Shown: positions 42,316 to 57,184 of the stretch, in pieces | Position numbering within the stretch: position 1 is the first letter of the stretch | Layout of the letters: each line of letters opens with the position of its first letter | Made by a program: the position numbers and the translations under genes | Source: Eledone cirrhosa | Lineage: Eukaryota | Length of the DNA: 64,000 nucleotides | Direction of reading: 5' to 3' | Assembly: GCA_964016885.1 (NCBI GenBank) | Contig: OZ024752.1 | Span: forward strand, 31,744,001 to 31,808,000 | Notes under the pieces: generated by a model | What the model saw: the letters and a program-made list of their open reading frames with translations, nothing else | What the model was told of the DNA's origin: nothing | Databases searched by the model: none

Positions 42316-43388
42316 ATGAAAGAATAAAGTGCAGCAGCGTCTATATAAATGTATGTCTAGCAATAACAATATGGAGGTCGTGATGGCTTGTTAGAGAGAT
42401 TATTACAAAGAGTAAATAGAATGAAGGCGAGCTGGGGAAGATGTTTGAACATATTGTGCCCACATGTAAACATAGAGATGACTATAAGGGGAGATAAGGA
42501 GTTAGACAGGGTGATATATATATATATATATAGGAAAAAGTATGACCCCGACGGCAGAGCTCAAGTTAGGGGAAACCCCAGCTTACATAGGTAGATGTAT
42601 CTCTTTTCTTTTCCTCTATGTCTTCTTCTTCCCCCTGTCTCTTCCTATCATTTCCTTATACCCCCTATTTTCTCCCTCGTCTGCTTTTCCCCTTTCGCTC
42701 ACCCCGATGCAGCCCATCGGGCCTCTGTAGCATCAGTTCCCCCATCCTTGTAATTTTAAGATAGAAATGGCCGAATACGTTTTACTAACTACTTATAGCA
42801 GATGTGTTAGACCCCTTTAATTTTGTATCAGTTTTGTTACTACTCCATTTCTACAATTTTTATTCTGTTCTCAACTTATTAACTTGTAATTGTAAGATAG
42901 CATTGTGATTTTTTTTATTCATTTCTCACTATCTAATTATTTTTTTTTTAAATTTCTTTCTATTATCTTTTATTGTCTCCTACTCTCATTCGATTTACCT
43001 ATTCTATAACCTCCCTTCTCCATTTCATACACTAACCTTAGAATCTGCTGTATATATATCACTTTCAACGCTTGACCGGCTTCACTCCCCTATTGTTCTA
43101 CAGGCAAGTTCAGCCACCCCTACCTCCCACCAAATACCATGATGGATACAACAAATTTTAACCAATCCTCTTGACAACTACAATCTTCCCATATAAGGGA
43201 GTAACCCTTAGTTCTGCTATTTATTCACCAGGCTAAAAATTCTAATTTAGTCCAGAAATAGCCGTCGAAACGGCCTGAGCTTTGCCGTCGGGGTCATACT
43301 TTTTCCTATTACCCACTCTACTACCCTAAGTATTGAGTACTCTGGTGCGTTATGGTCCACCTGGTTCCTTACCACATTTCCTTTGTTA

Positions 43389-43459
<71 letters not shown>

Positions 43460-43963
43460 GTAATAATAATAAAGACTAAAATCCGAAGAGGTCTCGATAA
43501 GGATAATATATATATCAAAATATCTAAAACCATAGAGCAAATATTTATTAAAATAATTTATTAAAATTATATATATATATATATTATATATATATATATA
43601 TACATTATATATATATATATACATTATATATATATTTACATTTACACTGTATATGTGTATAATATATACATATATATATTTATTAAAATAACAGATCAAA
43701 GTTTAAAGGGAACGTTTCCACGAACCAACGTATCGTCTTCCTGTCTTCCTTCGGTTGCAACGTTTTTCGAAATATTTACTTCTGCGTTCACAGGTTGATT
43801 TTTTTAGTTTCAGAAGATCTCGTTAAGGGTGAAAGCAGCGATTCTTTGCTTAAACTTTAATGTGTTATTTTAATAAATATTTGCTCTACCGTTCTTATAT
43901 ATTTGATATATATTTATCCCTATCGAGGCCTCTTTGGATTTTAGTCTTCAAATTTATTATTAT

Positions 43964-43968
<5 letters not shown>
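43460..43968. mobile_element. Inverted-repeat insertion of the 38483-38660 family
   Basis: aagactaaaatcc.aagagg.ctcgata mirrored by tatcgaggcctctttggattttagtctt. Confidence 0.65.
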
Positions 43969-44003
<35 letters not shown>

Positions 44004-44007
44004 TTGG

Positions 44008-44098
<91 letters not shown>

Positions 44099-44249
44099 GA
44101 GAGATAGGGGGGAAGAGAAACGAGAAGAAAGTGAGAGAAATAGAGACTAAATGTAAGTCTATTGTTTGGCTATGTTGACAGTGTGTGTGTATAACAATTT
44201 ATGTATATATATATATATATATATATATCTGTGTGTGTGTGTATATATG

Positions 44250-44314
<65 letters not shown>

Positions 44315-44390
44315 GCATACATATACATACAAACACGTACATTTTATATATAAATATATATAAATTAATAAAAGTAGTATGTATGTATAC

Positions 44391-44424
<34 letters not shown>

Positions 44425-44436
44425 TTCAGTATGTTT

Positions 44437-44472
<36 letters not shown>

Positions 44473-44519
44473 CACATATATATATATATATATACACACA
44501 TATATATATATATACACAC

Positions 44520-44552
<33 letters not shown>

Positions 44553-44563
44553 TATATATACAC

Positions 44564-44594
<31 letters not shown>

Positions 44595-44603
44595 TATATA
44601 TAT

Positions 44604-44658
<55 letters not shown>

Positions 44659-44919
44659 TATACACACACACATACATATATATATATACAGAGAGAGAGA
44701 GAGAGAAATATATGTATGCATGTGTGTATGTGTGTGCACATGTGCAGTGTGTTGTGTGTGTGTGTTCTGTTTATTTAAAGACACAATATGCAAATGATTA
44801 AAAAGTGACATTTAAACCATGATACGACAAAAAACATGGAGAGATTGGAGTTGATTTTATATATTGTCATACCCACCGCCACCCCCCTGGGTCTATCTCG
44901 ACCTGGAACTGATAAAGTA

Positions 44920-44962
<43 letters not shown>

Positions 44963-45098
44963 CATATATGTATATATGTATACACATATATATGTATATA
45001 TATATATATATATATACACATATATATATATATAATGTGTGTGTGTGTATATATATATATCTAATATATATATATATATATATGTATTCATATATATG

Positions 45099-45133
<35 letters not shown>

Positions 45134-45141
45134 TTGTGTGA

Positions 45142-45178
<37 letters not shown>

Positions 45179-45219
45179 CATATATATGTATGTATATATA
45201 TATGTGTGTGTTTGTGTGA

Positions 45220-45308
<89 letters not shown>

Positions 45309-45678
45309 AAAAAAGGAAGAAAGAAAGAAATTGTTTTTACGGCTTCGACTTTCATTTTTTCAGTTTATCAGAAAATGAATTCCAATATTTTTATTATTTA
45401 TTCTAGTCTTTTACAGTATTGCTATGCTGGGGCACCACCATTTTCAATGATGTAGAATGGTTACACGGCTGCTAATAGGCTTGCTATCGATCAGCAGAAA
45501 GATAAAAGGCAAAATGAACCATGGCTGGCATTTGACCACACGTGCTTTTTTTCTTTTTCTCTCTCTCTCGTTCATTTGACTGTTTATTTGTTTTTGTGTC
45601 TTTAGCCTATATTTTGTGTCACTTCCATTTTTATTTCTCTCTTCTAGTAAAATTCCTCCCATTATTTCCCTGTGATTT

Positions 45679-45869
45679 GCGGTGGATTGGCAGTATCGGT
45701 AGAGGGTCGGACGCCATACTTTGACGCATAGAGTTACGGCCCTTGCCATTCTGAGTTCAAATCCCGCCGAGGTTAACTTTGCCTTTCAACCTTACGGGGT
45801 CGATAAAATAAAGTACCAGTAATACACTGGGTATTTGCTGGCCTTGTGCCTAACGTAGAAACAATTATT
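45679..45869 (+). mobile_element. SINE family A with 18-bp TSD
   Basis: TSD attatttccctgtgattt at 45661-45678 and 45864-45881. Confidence 0.9.
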
Positions 45870-46250
45870 TCCCTGTGATTTATATGTTGTCTTGTTTTCT
45901 TTATCTTTTTCTTTTTTCTCTTTTCAATGAACGACCAGTGTCCGAAACGTTAAGATATTGTTATTCTTTCTTCTTAAGCGCTATGCTAACTTTCTGTTAT
46001 TCTGTGTTCATTGATTCTCACTAACTTGTATGTATATATATATATATATATCGCCAGACGATCGACTTTTCGTCAAATCGGACCGAGTAAACAATGTTTC
46101 CATTGGTCACAGCTCCAGGTAGAAGGAGCAACGTGAAATAAAGTGTCTTGCTCAAGGACATAACACATCGCCGGGAAACGAACTCCCGATTGCGAATCCA
46201 ATTCTCTAACTACTCAACCACACGCCTTCATACACACACACACATATATG

Positions 46251-46289
<39 letters not shown>

Positions 46290-46408
46290 GTGCGTGTGTG
46301 TGTGTGTGCGTGCGTGTGTGTGCGTGTGTGTGTGCGTGCGTGTGCGTGCGTGTGTGCGTGCGTGTGCTTGCCTGTGAATTTCATAATATATACATATATG
46401 TGTGTGGG

Positions 46409-46596
46409 TGTTGGATTGGCAGTATCGGTAGAGAGTCGGACACCATGCTTTCCAGCATAGTTACGTCCCTTTACGATCTGAGTTCAAATCCCGCCGAGGT
46501 TGACTTTGCCTTTCATCCTTACGGGGTCGATAAAATAAAGTACCAGTAATGCACTGGGTTATTGCTGGCCTTGTGCCTAAAGTAGAAACAGTTATT
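46409..46596 (+). mobile_element. SINE family A
   Basis: Matches the family consensus. Confidence 0.85.
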
Positions 46597-46799
46597 TAGA
46601 AATATTTATGAATTGATGCAGAGTACACAATACTTCCCAGTATTGAGTGCATATGCAATATATATCTCCAACAAACGAAATACACACCTATACAGGTTTA
46701 GCTGGCCTCATACGAGATGGTATCTAACAAGAAGATTCCTGTGTGGTTTAATGATAGGGACCGACCCATCCTATCATAAGAACAATGTGAAATAAAAGG

Positions 46800-46975
46800 C
46801 GGGACATGCTAACCAGGTCCAGTATTGGTAACCCCATGAACAGATGTGAAGAGAACGTCCCACGATGAACTGGAGTCTAACGATTGACAAACAGTTGCAA
46901 CGATGTATTGATAGATGCAACTGAACGTGGTCATTGGAGCATTTTGGCTGCCTCGTATGTCTCATGGTGATGTTG
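46800..46975 (+). pseudogene. RTE-like LINE 3' remnant
   Basis: RERPTMNW...ATERGHWSIL resembles the GRP..RW...A.DR..W terminus. Confidence 0.4.
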
Positions 46976-47440
46976 ATGGTGGTGGTGTTGGTGATGTTGG
47001 TAGTGGTGGTGGTGATGGTGGTAGTGGTGGTGGTGGTGGTGATGATGGTGTCTGTAGTTGGTGCCGCCCGCGGCGGTGGTGGTGGCGCCAGTTGTGGTGA
47101 CGGTGGTGGGGGTGGCGGTAGGGGTGGTGGTGGTGGTGGTAGTGACGGTGGTGGTGTTTGATGTTGATGAAGGTGATGTTAGTGGTGGTGGTGGTGGTGG
47201 TGATGGTGTCTGTAGTTGGTGCCGGCGGCGGTGGTGGTGGTGGTTGGCGCCAGTTGTGGTGACGGTGGTGGGAGTAGCGGTAGGGGTGGTGGTGGTGGTG
47301 GTGTTTGATGTTGGTCAAGGTGATGTTGGTGGTGGTGGTAGTGGTGGTGCTGACGGTGGTGGTGACAGTGGTGGTGATGGTGGTGTTTGATATTGGTGCT
47401 GGTGGTGGTGTTGGTGCCGGTTGTGGTGGTGTTCAGTCAT

Positions 47441-47498
<58 letters not shown>

Positions 47499-47564
47499 AA
47501 CACACACATCACATATAGTCTAATGGCATACAGCACTAATATTTCTCTAGAATATCCTTTCAGA

Positions 47565-47750
47565 ATTAATTGTTTCTACGTTTGGCACAAGGCCAGCAAA
47601 TACTCAGTGCATTACTGGTACTTTATTTTATCGATCCCGTAATGATGAAAGACAAAGTTAACCTCGGCGAGATTTGAACTCAGAATGGCAAGGGCGGTAA
47701 CTCTATGCGTCAAAGCATGGCGTCCGACCCTCTACCGATACTGCCAATCC
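47565..47750 (-). mobile_element. SINE family A
   Basis: Matches the family consensus. Confidence 0.85.
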
Positions 47751-48464
47751 AGACAGTCAGTCTGTTTATGTTGATGGAGAGATTTCATTGCTATTTCTAG
47801 CAGGTCGAGTGACAATGCTGACGTTGGAAAGAAATTCTTGATACGTAACTATATTTATATTTATACATTTATATTCACTTGTTTCTATTTAGAGAAATAC
47901 ATATTTACATATTGTACATTATACATTACATATCACAAACAAACAGTCTGGCAATCAATTTATTTGTAAGGAGTCTATTAAGAGAACGTAAGAATTCCGG
48001 TGTCGATGTATTGTAGAGAGGAGGTCCTTTTATAAAACAACTGATATAAGTGTATTAGAGATATATAGGCGGGAAAGATGTATCAAGAGCAGACGATACA
48101 TGCTGGTTTCTCATGTAAAACGTTATATAAATAAGTAGAGAAGGACTTATACATACAAATATTATTTCTTGTGCATGTATAATAAAACCTATGCTAGACA
48201 AATGCACACACTTCTCTCTCTCTTTCTCTTTCTCTCTCAGTCTCTTTATCCCCCTCCCTCTCTCTCAGCCCCCCCCCCCCCTCACACACACATATATGTG
48301 CGTGTGGGAGTTGGTGGGGGAGTGTGTTGCTTTTTCTCATATATTACGTACAAGAGTTAAACCACGATTTGAAGTGTTGTGCATTCTGGCAACTACATTT
48401 ACTGGTGTTTCCATCGAGATGTTTTCAATGTATGGCGAAATGGTTTGCTTTTTATTGTATGATT

Positions 48465-48502
<38 letters not shown>

Positions 48503-48556
48503 TATATATATATATATAATATATATATATATATATAATATATATATATATATATA

Positions 48557-48632
<76 letters not shown>

Positions 48633-48645
48633 ATATAATATATAG

Positions 48646-48690
<45 letters not shown>

Positions 48691-48732
48691 TATATATTAT
48701 ATATACATATATATATATATATAATATATATA

Positions 48733-48776
<44 letters not shown>

Positions 48777-48895
48777 GATATATATATTATATATAGATAT
48801 ATATATTATATATATATATATATTATATATATATATATATATAATATATATATATATAATATATATATATTATATATATATATATATTATATATA

Positions 48896-48973
<78 letters not shown>

Positions 48974-49189
48974 GATATATATATTATATATATATATCCT
49001 GATGTCTTCCAAAAGTAACGGTCGCATTTTGAAAGGGTACGTCAATGTTTATTCATAAAACTGGTATATATTGTATTTTATCTGATGAAGGCATACCATA
49101 ATTTAACATGGTATCCTTGAAATATGTATAATGAAATAAATATGGTTTTCATAAATATAGTTTCCATTTATTAATATCGTATATATTAT

Positions 49190-49251
<62 letters not shown>

Positions 49252-49594
49252 TGGTCAATTCAAAACCTGTTCCCAAACAGACCTATTATATTAAATCTTT
49301 GTTGGTTTTTTTCAATAAACAAATATCATTATTTCTGAAGACAGCATATATATGTGTAGGTATGTATATTCCCTCTGATAGTTTGTAAAATGTTTACATA
49401 GATCTATATGATATACATACCAACGCACACATATATATCCTAGAAACGATAGTAAAATGATGAATTTTTTAATATAAGGAACTGTTTTCTTTGGTTTTAT
49501 TCATTGTTTTTATTAATTTATATATATATATATAAGTTTATCCCGGGTTCAATAGGGGTAACCACAGTAAGTAAGATACTCAATACATAGAAAT

Positions 49595-49645
49595 GACTTC
49601 TACAAGACTAGAACTGTTTCATACGGGAGAAATCATCAGGAAGCC
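49595..49645 (-). ncRNA. Type I hammerhead ribozyme in a pLTR-like fragment
   Basis: Minus strand reads ggcttc-CTGATGA-tttctcccgtat-GAAACAG..TTGTA-gaagtc; helix I ggcttc/gaagtc. Confidence 0.65.
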
Positions 49646-50173
49646 GATTGTCCAAGTAATATGGCGGTGTATATACCTTTTCTGGTGGTGGGGGAGTGTC
49701 GTGATTGGGATGGGTGGAGGTCATTGGTTGATGGATTTAAAGAAAAGGGAATTCTTTAAAAACTATATTTAGAGTAACAAAGGCAAAAAGAATTCAAGCT
49801 ACGTGTCTGTAGACAGGTTCACACTTGAGGGGGGGGGTATCAAGCTCCTGATTTTTAAGGTTTATTTAAGCTAACAATGGCTATTCATTGGTAGCTCTGA
49901 CGGAATGGTCATGGTCAAGTGTCTACAACCACACACACACATACATACATATATAGAGATAGCGAAAGATACAGGATATTATGTAAAAACCAATAAATAC
50001 TTCTCCAAGTATGTATTTATTACCTCAGAGTAAACAGCGGAAAATGACGGAAAATAACGTTAGTGCATACGTAGTTGTCCACACTTGATTCTGCTGTCAT
50101 TTACATTGCACGTATGACTGCTCATGCGTTAAGGAATGTCACTACGGTGATGAAGTTTTAAATATATCATATA

Positions 50174-51124
50174 CTAGCAGTAAAGCCCGGCGTTGCTCGG
50201 GGTCGCTCAGTAGCTGTGTTAAAGTTACAATGTTAAGTTTCTTTCTTGGCTTAAAAACTGTAGTGTCTACTGTGCAGACTTGCATGTGGTGTTTTTGATT
50301 AATATTCCCTCAACCAACAATATGCCTTATGAAGTTAAGAAAACATAACGATAACCCGAATGTTATAACAAAAGAGGATGCTGGGGATAGAAACTGCACT
50401 GGTTATTTATTAACAAAGATCGAAAATGTAAACACTGCAACGCAGAGAAAAACATTAGCGTAACCAAATTATCAGTTATGTCTGTCTGCACGCCTATATC
50501 ACCTCTCTGCACGACTGTCTGTCTGCACGCCTATATCACCTCTCTGCACGACTGTCTGTCTGCACGCCTATATCACCTCTCTGCACGACTGTCTGTCTGC
50601 ACGCCTATATCACCTCTCTGCACGACTGTCTGTCTGCACGCGTATATCACCTCTCTGCACGACTGTATGTCTGCACGACTGTCTGTCTGCACGCCTAACG
50701 ACGAAATATTTGCTTGTTTTACGTAGTCTTTAAATAGACTTGTTTTCAAGTAAAAATATTGTTTTAAAATGCTTTTAAATGGAAATGAAGCAAAACGGAA
50801 GCTTAGTGTTCGAACTGATGAATTTTGCAGGTCAATATTTTGCTGGCTCGACAACTGTTAAAGCCAGCGTAATTTTTTACGTAAGACGCTCAATGTAAAC
50901 AGAACAAAGGGAAATAACTGATAACTTACGCTCAAATATCGATACATTATATTCGATTTCGTCACATAGGGTGGGTCAATTTGAAATATTTTTTTTCCGA
51001 TGTCTTCGCTAGGGCTCAATGTACAAGTATAGCAATTTCGGTGCAATTCCGTGAGAGATTCTAAGAGGAGATGTGTGCCAAAAATCGATAGACAGACAGA
51101 CAACCACAGTTTTATATATATAGA
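50174..51124 (-). mobile_element. Non-autonomous Helitron (Lep1-like) with internal 37-bp tandem repeats (50479-50697)
   Basis: Minus strand: a|TCtatatatataaaactg..(tctg)n ... cccgagcaacgccggg-ctttactgCTAG|t. Confidence 0.8.
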
Positions 51125-51184
51125 TATACATATATATGAGTGTGAGCTTTTCTTTGTGTATGTTTATGTAATATATATACACAC

Positions 51185-51256
<72 letters not shown>

Positions 51257-51967
51257 TGGTGGTGGCTGCCAACTCGTTTTCGAGTACGGCCACTACTTTA
51301 TATCCATGTAGGAGAACCCCTACCGATGCGCTGAACGAATGTGACTTTTTAGTCCAGCCAGCGACTTGAAAACTCTGGTACAAAGACTACACTTGTGACC
51401 ATTATTGACACATAGTGCAGGGCCCATGGTACCATGTGACGACATGTGCAGAGAGATCTCCAGATATAAAGCAATGCCTGTGCTGTGAAGCTTTTATAGT
51501 GAGCAAAGGCACTGCACAAAGCCAGTCCCACTCTCTTAACCAAGATGATATTTACCAAAAAGAAGAACAAGTCAACATCATTGGATACCATCAGGGTTGC
51601 AGGTGCTATATCAGAGTTTTCCTTCTCCTAGAATTCTGCCTTGACAGAGTGTATATATATATATATATATATATACACACAGACACACATAGGAACACAC
51701 ACACACACATACACACACACACATATATATTTTAAGGATCGGTCGACTTTCGTCAAACAGGACTGAGGAACGATGTTTTGAGGAACGATGTTTCCTTTGG
51801 TTTTTCCAATTGCTAATACTATCTATCGGTCGCAACTCCAGGTAGAAGGAGCAACGTGAAATAAAGTGTCTTGCTCAAGGAGATAACGCATCGCTCGGTC
51901 TAGGAATTGAACTCACAACCTCACGATTGTGAATCCAATTCTCTTACCCCTCAGCCACACGCCTTCA

Positions 51968-51999
<32 letters not shown>

Positions 52000-52116
52000 C
52001 TATTAATAATGAGTTCAAAACTCAGGCAGTCTTTTACAATGAAATAGCTCAAAGAAAGAAGTATTTCCGAGCCGTGTAATACAAGTTAATATAAATTAAT
52101 ATATTTGATTTTTCTA

Positions 52117-52244
52117 GTGCTTGCTGAGGAGATCTAAATGCGGTATTCTTTCACTTTTTCATTTTTCGAAACTTATTTGGATTTTATGGTTTAAACCTGT
52201 CTACGGAATAGGTTTGATTTTGAAATTTAAATTTGTCCAAGCAC
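52117..52244 (+). ncRNA. Type I hammerhead ribozyme with enlarged loops II and III
   Basis: gtgcttg-CTGAGGA-ga...tc-GAAAC(52168)...GTC(52235)-caagcac: perfect 7-bp helix I and a GUC triplet. Confidence 0.7.
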
Positions 52245-52416
52245 CACGGCCATTTGCGAATATGCTTTGTTTTTATTGATTTATTATTTTAAATCGAGAC
52301 AGGCAAACTGTATTATTATAATTAGTATTTTTCCATCTAGCTAACTTAGTCATTTACAATACAAACACAGATATGTTGGTATTTGCGTTTATCAAATATA
52401 TTAATTTATATTAACT

Positions 52417-52478
<62 letters not shown>

Positions 52479-52913
52479 TATATATATATCGAGAAAAGTC
52501 AATCAGTCAACAAGAAAGAGCTCGTTCGTGACACAATAAAAACCTTTGACAAAAGATAAACAACCATCCGGGTATCGAACCAACCAATCAACGGGAGATT
52601 TACAATAAATTGAAGTGAAACCCAACAGGTGCGTGTGTTTTTATTGGCAGCATGACACTCCCAAAGCATAACAATATCTGTTGCAACACCCGTTTTCAGA
52701 TGACATCTTGCAAAACAAATTCAATAACAAAGTATATATAATTGTTTCTACTTTAGGCACAAGGCCAGCAATTACCCAGTGCATTACTGGTACTTTATTT
52801 TATCGACCCCGTATATATAATAATATGTAAAAGGTAAACACAAATAACAACACAATTGGTACAGTATATGGAAAGGATATATTAGGTTAACGCTTGATAT
52901 AGTAGGAAGTGGG

Positions 52914-52949
52914 TCTTAACGTTTCGGACGCTAGTCCTTCATCAGAAGA
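52914..52949 (-). ncRNA. Minimal hammerhead ribozyme (related copies at 58880-58918 minus and 45920-45956 plus, degenerate)
   Basis: Minus strand reads tctt-CTGATGA-a-ggac(tagc)gtcc-GAAACGTT-aaga. Confidence 0.7.
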
Positions 52950-53243
52950 AAGAATGAGAAATAAGATAGAATGAGGGGACGGGCGGGTTGGAATTCATGT
53001 TGACATCTCTTATATTTATATATATATATATATATATATATAACGAAGGAGTTGTGGTAAGGAACCAGATTAAGGAACCAGATGGACCATAACGCACCAG
53101 AGTACTCAATACTTAGGGTAGTAGAGTGGGTAATAGGAAAATGTTTGACCCCGACGGCAGAGCTCAAGCCGTTTCGACTATTTCTGGAGTCCAGAAATAG
53201 TCGTCGAAACGGCTTGAGCTCTGCCGTCGGGGTCAAATATTTT

Positions 53244-53298
<55 letters not shown>

Positions 53299-53301
<3 letters not shown>

Positions 53302-53620
53302 ATTAAATAAATGGAAACTATATTTATAAAACCATATTTATTTCGTTATATATATTTCAGGGATATCATATTAACAATATGTTATGCCTTCTTCGGACAA
53401 AATACAATATAAACAGTCTTATAAATAAATAGATACGACGAAGGCATAACATATTGTTAATATGATATCCCTGAAATATATATAACGAAATAAATATGGT
53501 TTTATAAATATAGTTTCCATTTATTTAATATCATAAATATACTCCAAATACTTGTTGAGTGCTTTTATATCAGTTATAAATATTTACTCGTTGTTAACCC
53601 AACAATTTAAATATAACTTT
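53299..53620. mobile_element. Inverted-repeat copy of the same family, between (TA)n tracts
   Basis: gatattaaataaatggaaac... mirrored by ...gtttccatttatttaatatc. Confidence 0.75.
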
Positions 53621-53625
53621 CCATG

Positions 53626-53657
<32 letters not shown>

Positions 53658-53693
53658 TATATATATATATATATGTATGTATGTATATGGATA

Positions 53694-53726
<33 letters not shown>

Positions 53727-54039
53727 CAGACACAGGGCTTTCCTATCATACATGTTTGTGCAGTCTGTCTGATGTTTACAATATACTTATGTCTTGTCTG
53801 CTATTGTTTAACATTTGAAATAGATCTATTGATATAAACACATATCATTTGTACAATACATGTCTTCATGACTTTATGTCTTCAAGTCTTCTTCTTCGCT
53901 AGCTCATATGTTTATGATCGATCTGAGGTGTTAAGAAATCAATTGGAACTGGCGACAACAACAAAATATCTGATTATCTCATTTGTGATTGACCGATCAT
54001 GACTGCACACACATAGTATGTAAATATTTCTCTCTATAC

Positions 54040-54144
<105 letters not shown>

Positions 54145-54165
54145 TTTATATATATATATATATAT

Positions 54166-54360
54166 ACGTAGGTCCCGGGTTGAGTCGGGGATAATCACAG
54201 TAAGTAAGGTACTCAATACATGGCAGAGTAACATTTTTTTATTTTATAGAAGGAGCTTCTACAGGACTAGTACTGTTTCATTCAGATGAAATCTTCCTGA
54301 AGATTTCATCTGAATGAAACCGTACTAGTCCTGTAGAAGCTCCTTCTATAAAATAAAAAA
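54166..54360. mobile_element. Fold-back element centred on a hammerhead (core 54293-54339, + strand)
   Basis: cttc-CTGAAGA-t-ttca(tc)tgaa-t-GAAAC..ctGTA-gaag; the left arm is its reverse complement. Same family as 49535-49645. Confidence 0.72.
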
Positions 54361-54538
54361 AAAATTAAAATATATATATATATATATTTGAAAAAAAAGG
54401 AAAAGAATGACTTGTAGTGTTTAACATTTTTTATTTAATTTTATAATATAAAATTAAATCAAAATTTTTTTAACACTACAAGTCATTCTTTTCCTTTTTT
54501 TCAAATATACCTAACTGTACTAAGGATCTCACACATTT

Positions 54539-54592
<54 letters not shown>

Positions 54593-54695
54593 TTATTTAT
54601 ATATATATTCACACTCACACAGGCATACATATATAGATATAGATAGATAGGTATGTATACACACACACACACACACACATACACATACACACACA

Positions 54696-54761
<66 letters not shown>

Positions 54762-54804
54762 AAAGAAACCAAAGAACGCTTACATACTCAAACAGTTTTT
54801 ATTT

Positions 54805-54851
54805 GCTTAGAATGTTTCATCCATACCGTTTGGTAAGATTCCTCAGAGCTT
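54805..54851 (-). ncRNA. Hammerhead-like motif
   Basis: Minus strand reads gct-CTGAGGA-atct-tacc(aaac)ggta-t-ggat-GAAACATTCTA-agc. Confidence 0.5.
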
Positions 54852-55732
54852 AATAAACACAGTGCTGAGTATAAGCTCTACAGAGCCTAGTCATACGAAC
54901 ATTCGGAATACAATAGAGGGCAAAGATAGGGAGATAGGAGATGGCGAACATAGAGGGGGTACATGTTGGGGTTGTTAAGCACCACAGCTAAACGCTAGGG
55001 CACAAGCAGATTTCACAAGATGCAGATATAATTGATGGCACACAAAAGCAAAAAATACAAGCAATGGTTAAAACATAATTAAAAAAATAATAAAATAAAA
55101 AAAAAATAAAAGGAAGATAATATAAAGAGATAAAAAGTAAATAAAAGGTAAAAAAAAACTTTTTTAATTTTTAAAAGGAAAGAAATTAAAACAGAAAGAA
55201 GAAAAATGTTTTAAGCACATAAAAAAGCCAGAGGAATCTAAGCGCTGGTCCCTAATAACACGAGTGAATAGGATCTCCGTAACTTATAGTTATATAAGCA
55301 CTAAGAGGTTCTTAAGGTACATCCAGAAAGACCACAGTAATCAAAAACCCCGCCATGGTATACATATACAAGGTATACTGGTAGGTACCTGAATTACGTA
55401 GCCCATGGGTGCTCCACAAGCATATAGACAGGTGTCACATAAATGCAAGCCATACGCAAGCAAATTAGGGTTATTACAGGATAGAGCTGAGTATAACTAG
55501 TATATAGACAAGCACCACATATAAAGCAAACTATACACAAGCAAATCGGGGTTATAGTAAGATAGAGCTGAAGCACAAGCCCCACAATCTTATTTTAGTT
55601 ACTGTAAAACCAACTGGCAAAGAGTTACTACACATGTATATTAACCGTAGGCTAGACCAATCGGTTACATATGTCCCGAATGTCTAGGGGTTAAATAGAA
55701 ATAGGATTGTCAGTAGATAATAAACCAGTCTA

Positions 55733-55922
55733 AATAATTGCTTCTACTTTTGGCACAAGGCCAGCAATTACCCAGTGTATTACTGGTACTTTATTTTATC
55801 GACCCCATAAGGATGAAAGGCAAAGTTAATCTCGGCGGGATTTGAACTCAGAATGGCAAGAGCCGTAACTCTATGCGTCAAAGCATGGCGTCGTCCGACC
55901 CTCTACCGATACTGCCAATCCA
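55733..55922 (-). mobile_element. SINE family A with 13-bp TSD
   Basis: cagtctaaataat at 55726-55738 and 55923-55935. Confidence 0.88.
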
Positions 55923-56362
55923 CAGTCTAAATAATGCAACATACGTAATCGTTAAAAAATACAAAATAGTTGGATGTACATTCTCACTCAAACATAACAA
56001 CACATCCAGTAACAGGAATTACATGCTTGATTTATACATAAAAAAAACCCTTATGTATAAGATCCCAGGCCGTATATCATGATGTGTTCAAGTTTCAGTT
56101 CCAGATTCAATGCAATCAAGTCTCCACACACAATCCAGTCACGGACTCCTCAAAAACAATGCCTGTTAACAGCAGCAGTGATCAGAACACGTGGGTAAAC
56201 AATCTAAACGAAACAGAAAAGAATATAACACAAAGTGCCCAAATCATTAAATCCACCAGGTACCCTAGCATGCCTGCTAGGTTGGGTCAAACCCAAGGAT
56301 AAATACAGAGATTATAAAGATTATAAAAACCAAACAGTGAGCGTGTTCTATTATTATTTCTG

Positions 56363-56539
56363 GCAGTGGATTGGCAGTATCGGTAGAGGGTCGGACGCCA
56401 TGCTTTAAACGCACAGAATTACGGCCCTTGCCATTCTGAGTTCAAATCTCCTCCTAGGTTAACTTTGCCTTTCATCCTTATGCACTGGGTAATGCACTGG
56501 GTAATTGCTGGCCTTGTGCCAAAAGTAGAAACAATTATT
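56363..56539 (+). mobile_element. SINE family A with internal deletion and 13-bp TSD
   Basis: attatttctggca at 56353-56365 and 56534-56546. Confidence 0.85.
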
Positions 56540-56737
56540 TCTGGCAATATTATAACAATATGACCCTCCCCAACTATAACAATATATAATATATATATAT
56601 ATATAGTTGGGTATATATATAGTTGTGTATAATGGTAGCTAAGGTGCTTCCATAGGCGGTATGCCAAAATTAGCACTCGATATTCATCAGAGTAGAGTGT
56701 AGATGTATATATATATGTATGTATATATATATATATT

Positions 56738-56791
<54 letters not shown>

Positions 56792-56792
56792 A

Positions 56793-56853
<61 letters not shown>

Positions 56854-56989
56854 TGTATGTCTATATATGTATGTATTAGTATGTTTTAACTTATCATGAA
56901 AAGCAGGTAAAGCCGGTATATCAACGAAGTATACTTCTGTACATAAAAAATGTTTGTTTCATTACCATAACATAACATGTATCTATGTT

Positions 56990-57170
56990 GAAGTTGTTCT
57001 TGGAGTTCCATTACTTCAGACGACCACAGTTCTATTGGATTCAGTCAATGGAACAGCCTGCTATGTGAAATTAACATGTAAGTGGCTGAGCGGCGTGTCG
57101 CAGTCACGTGTACTCTTAAACTAGTTCTCAGGGAGATTCAGTGATATACAAGGACTCTGAACTACAGGCA
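56990..57170 (-). mobile_element. Fragment of a third SINE-like family
   Basis: tcaatggaacagcctgct..tgaaattaac.tg.aagtggctgagc...agttctcagggagattcag resembles octopus SINE bodies (recalled, not searched). Confidence 0.45.
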
Positions 57171-57184
57171 TACATAGAAGTGAC

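Noticed and set aside
51253-51650. 106-aa ORF as a gene
   Set aside because: Only a weak WYHVT resemblance to RTE termini; not enough to call.
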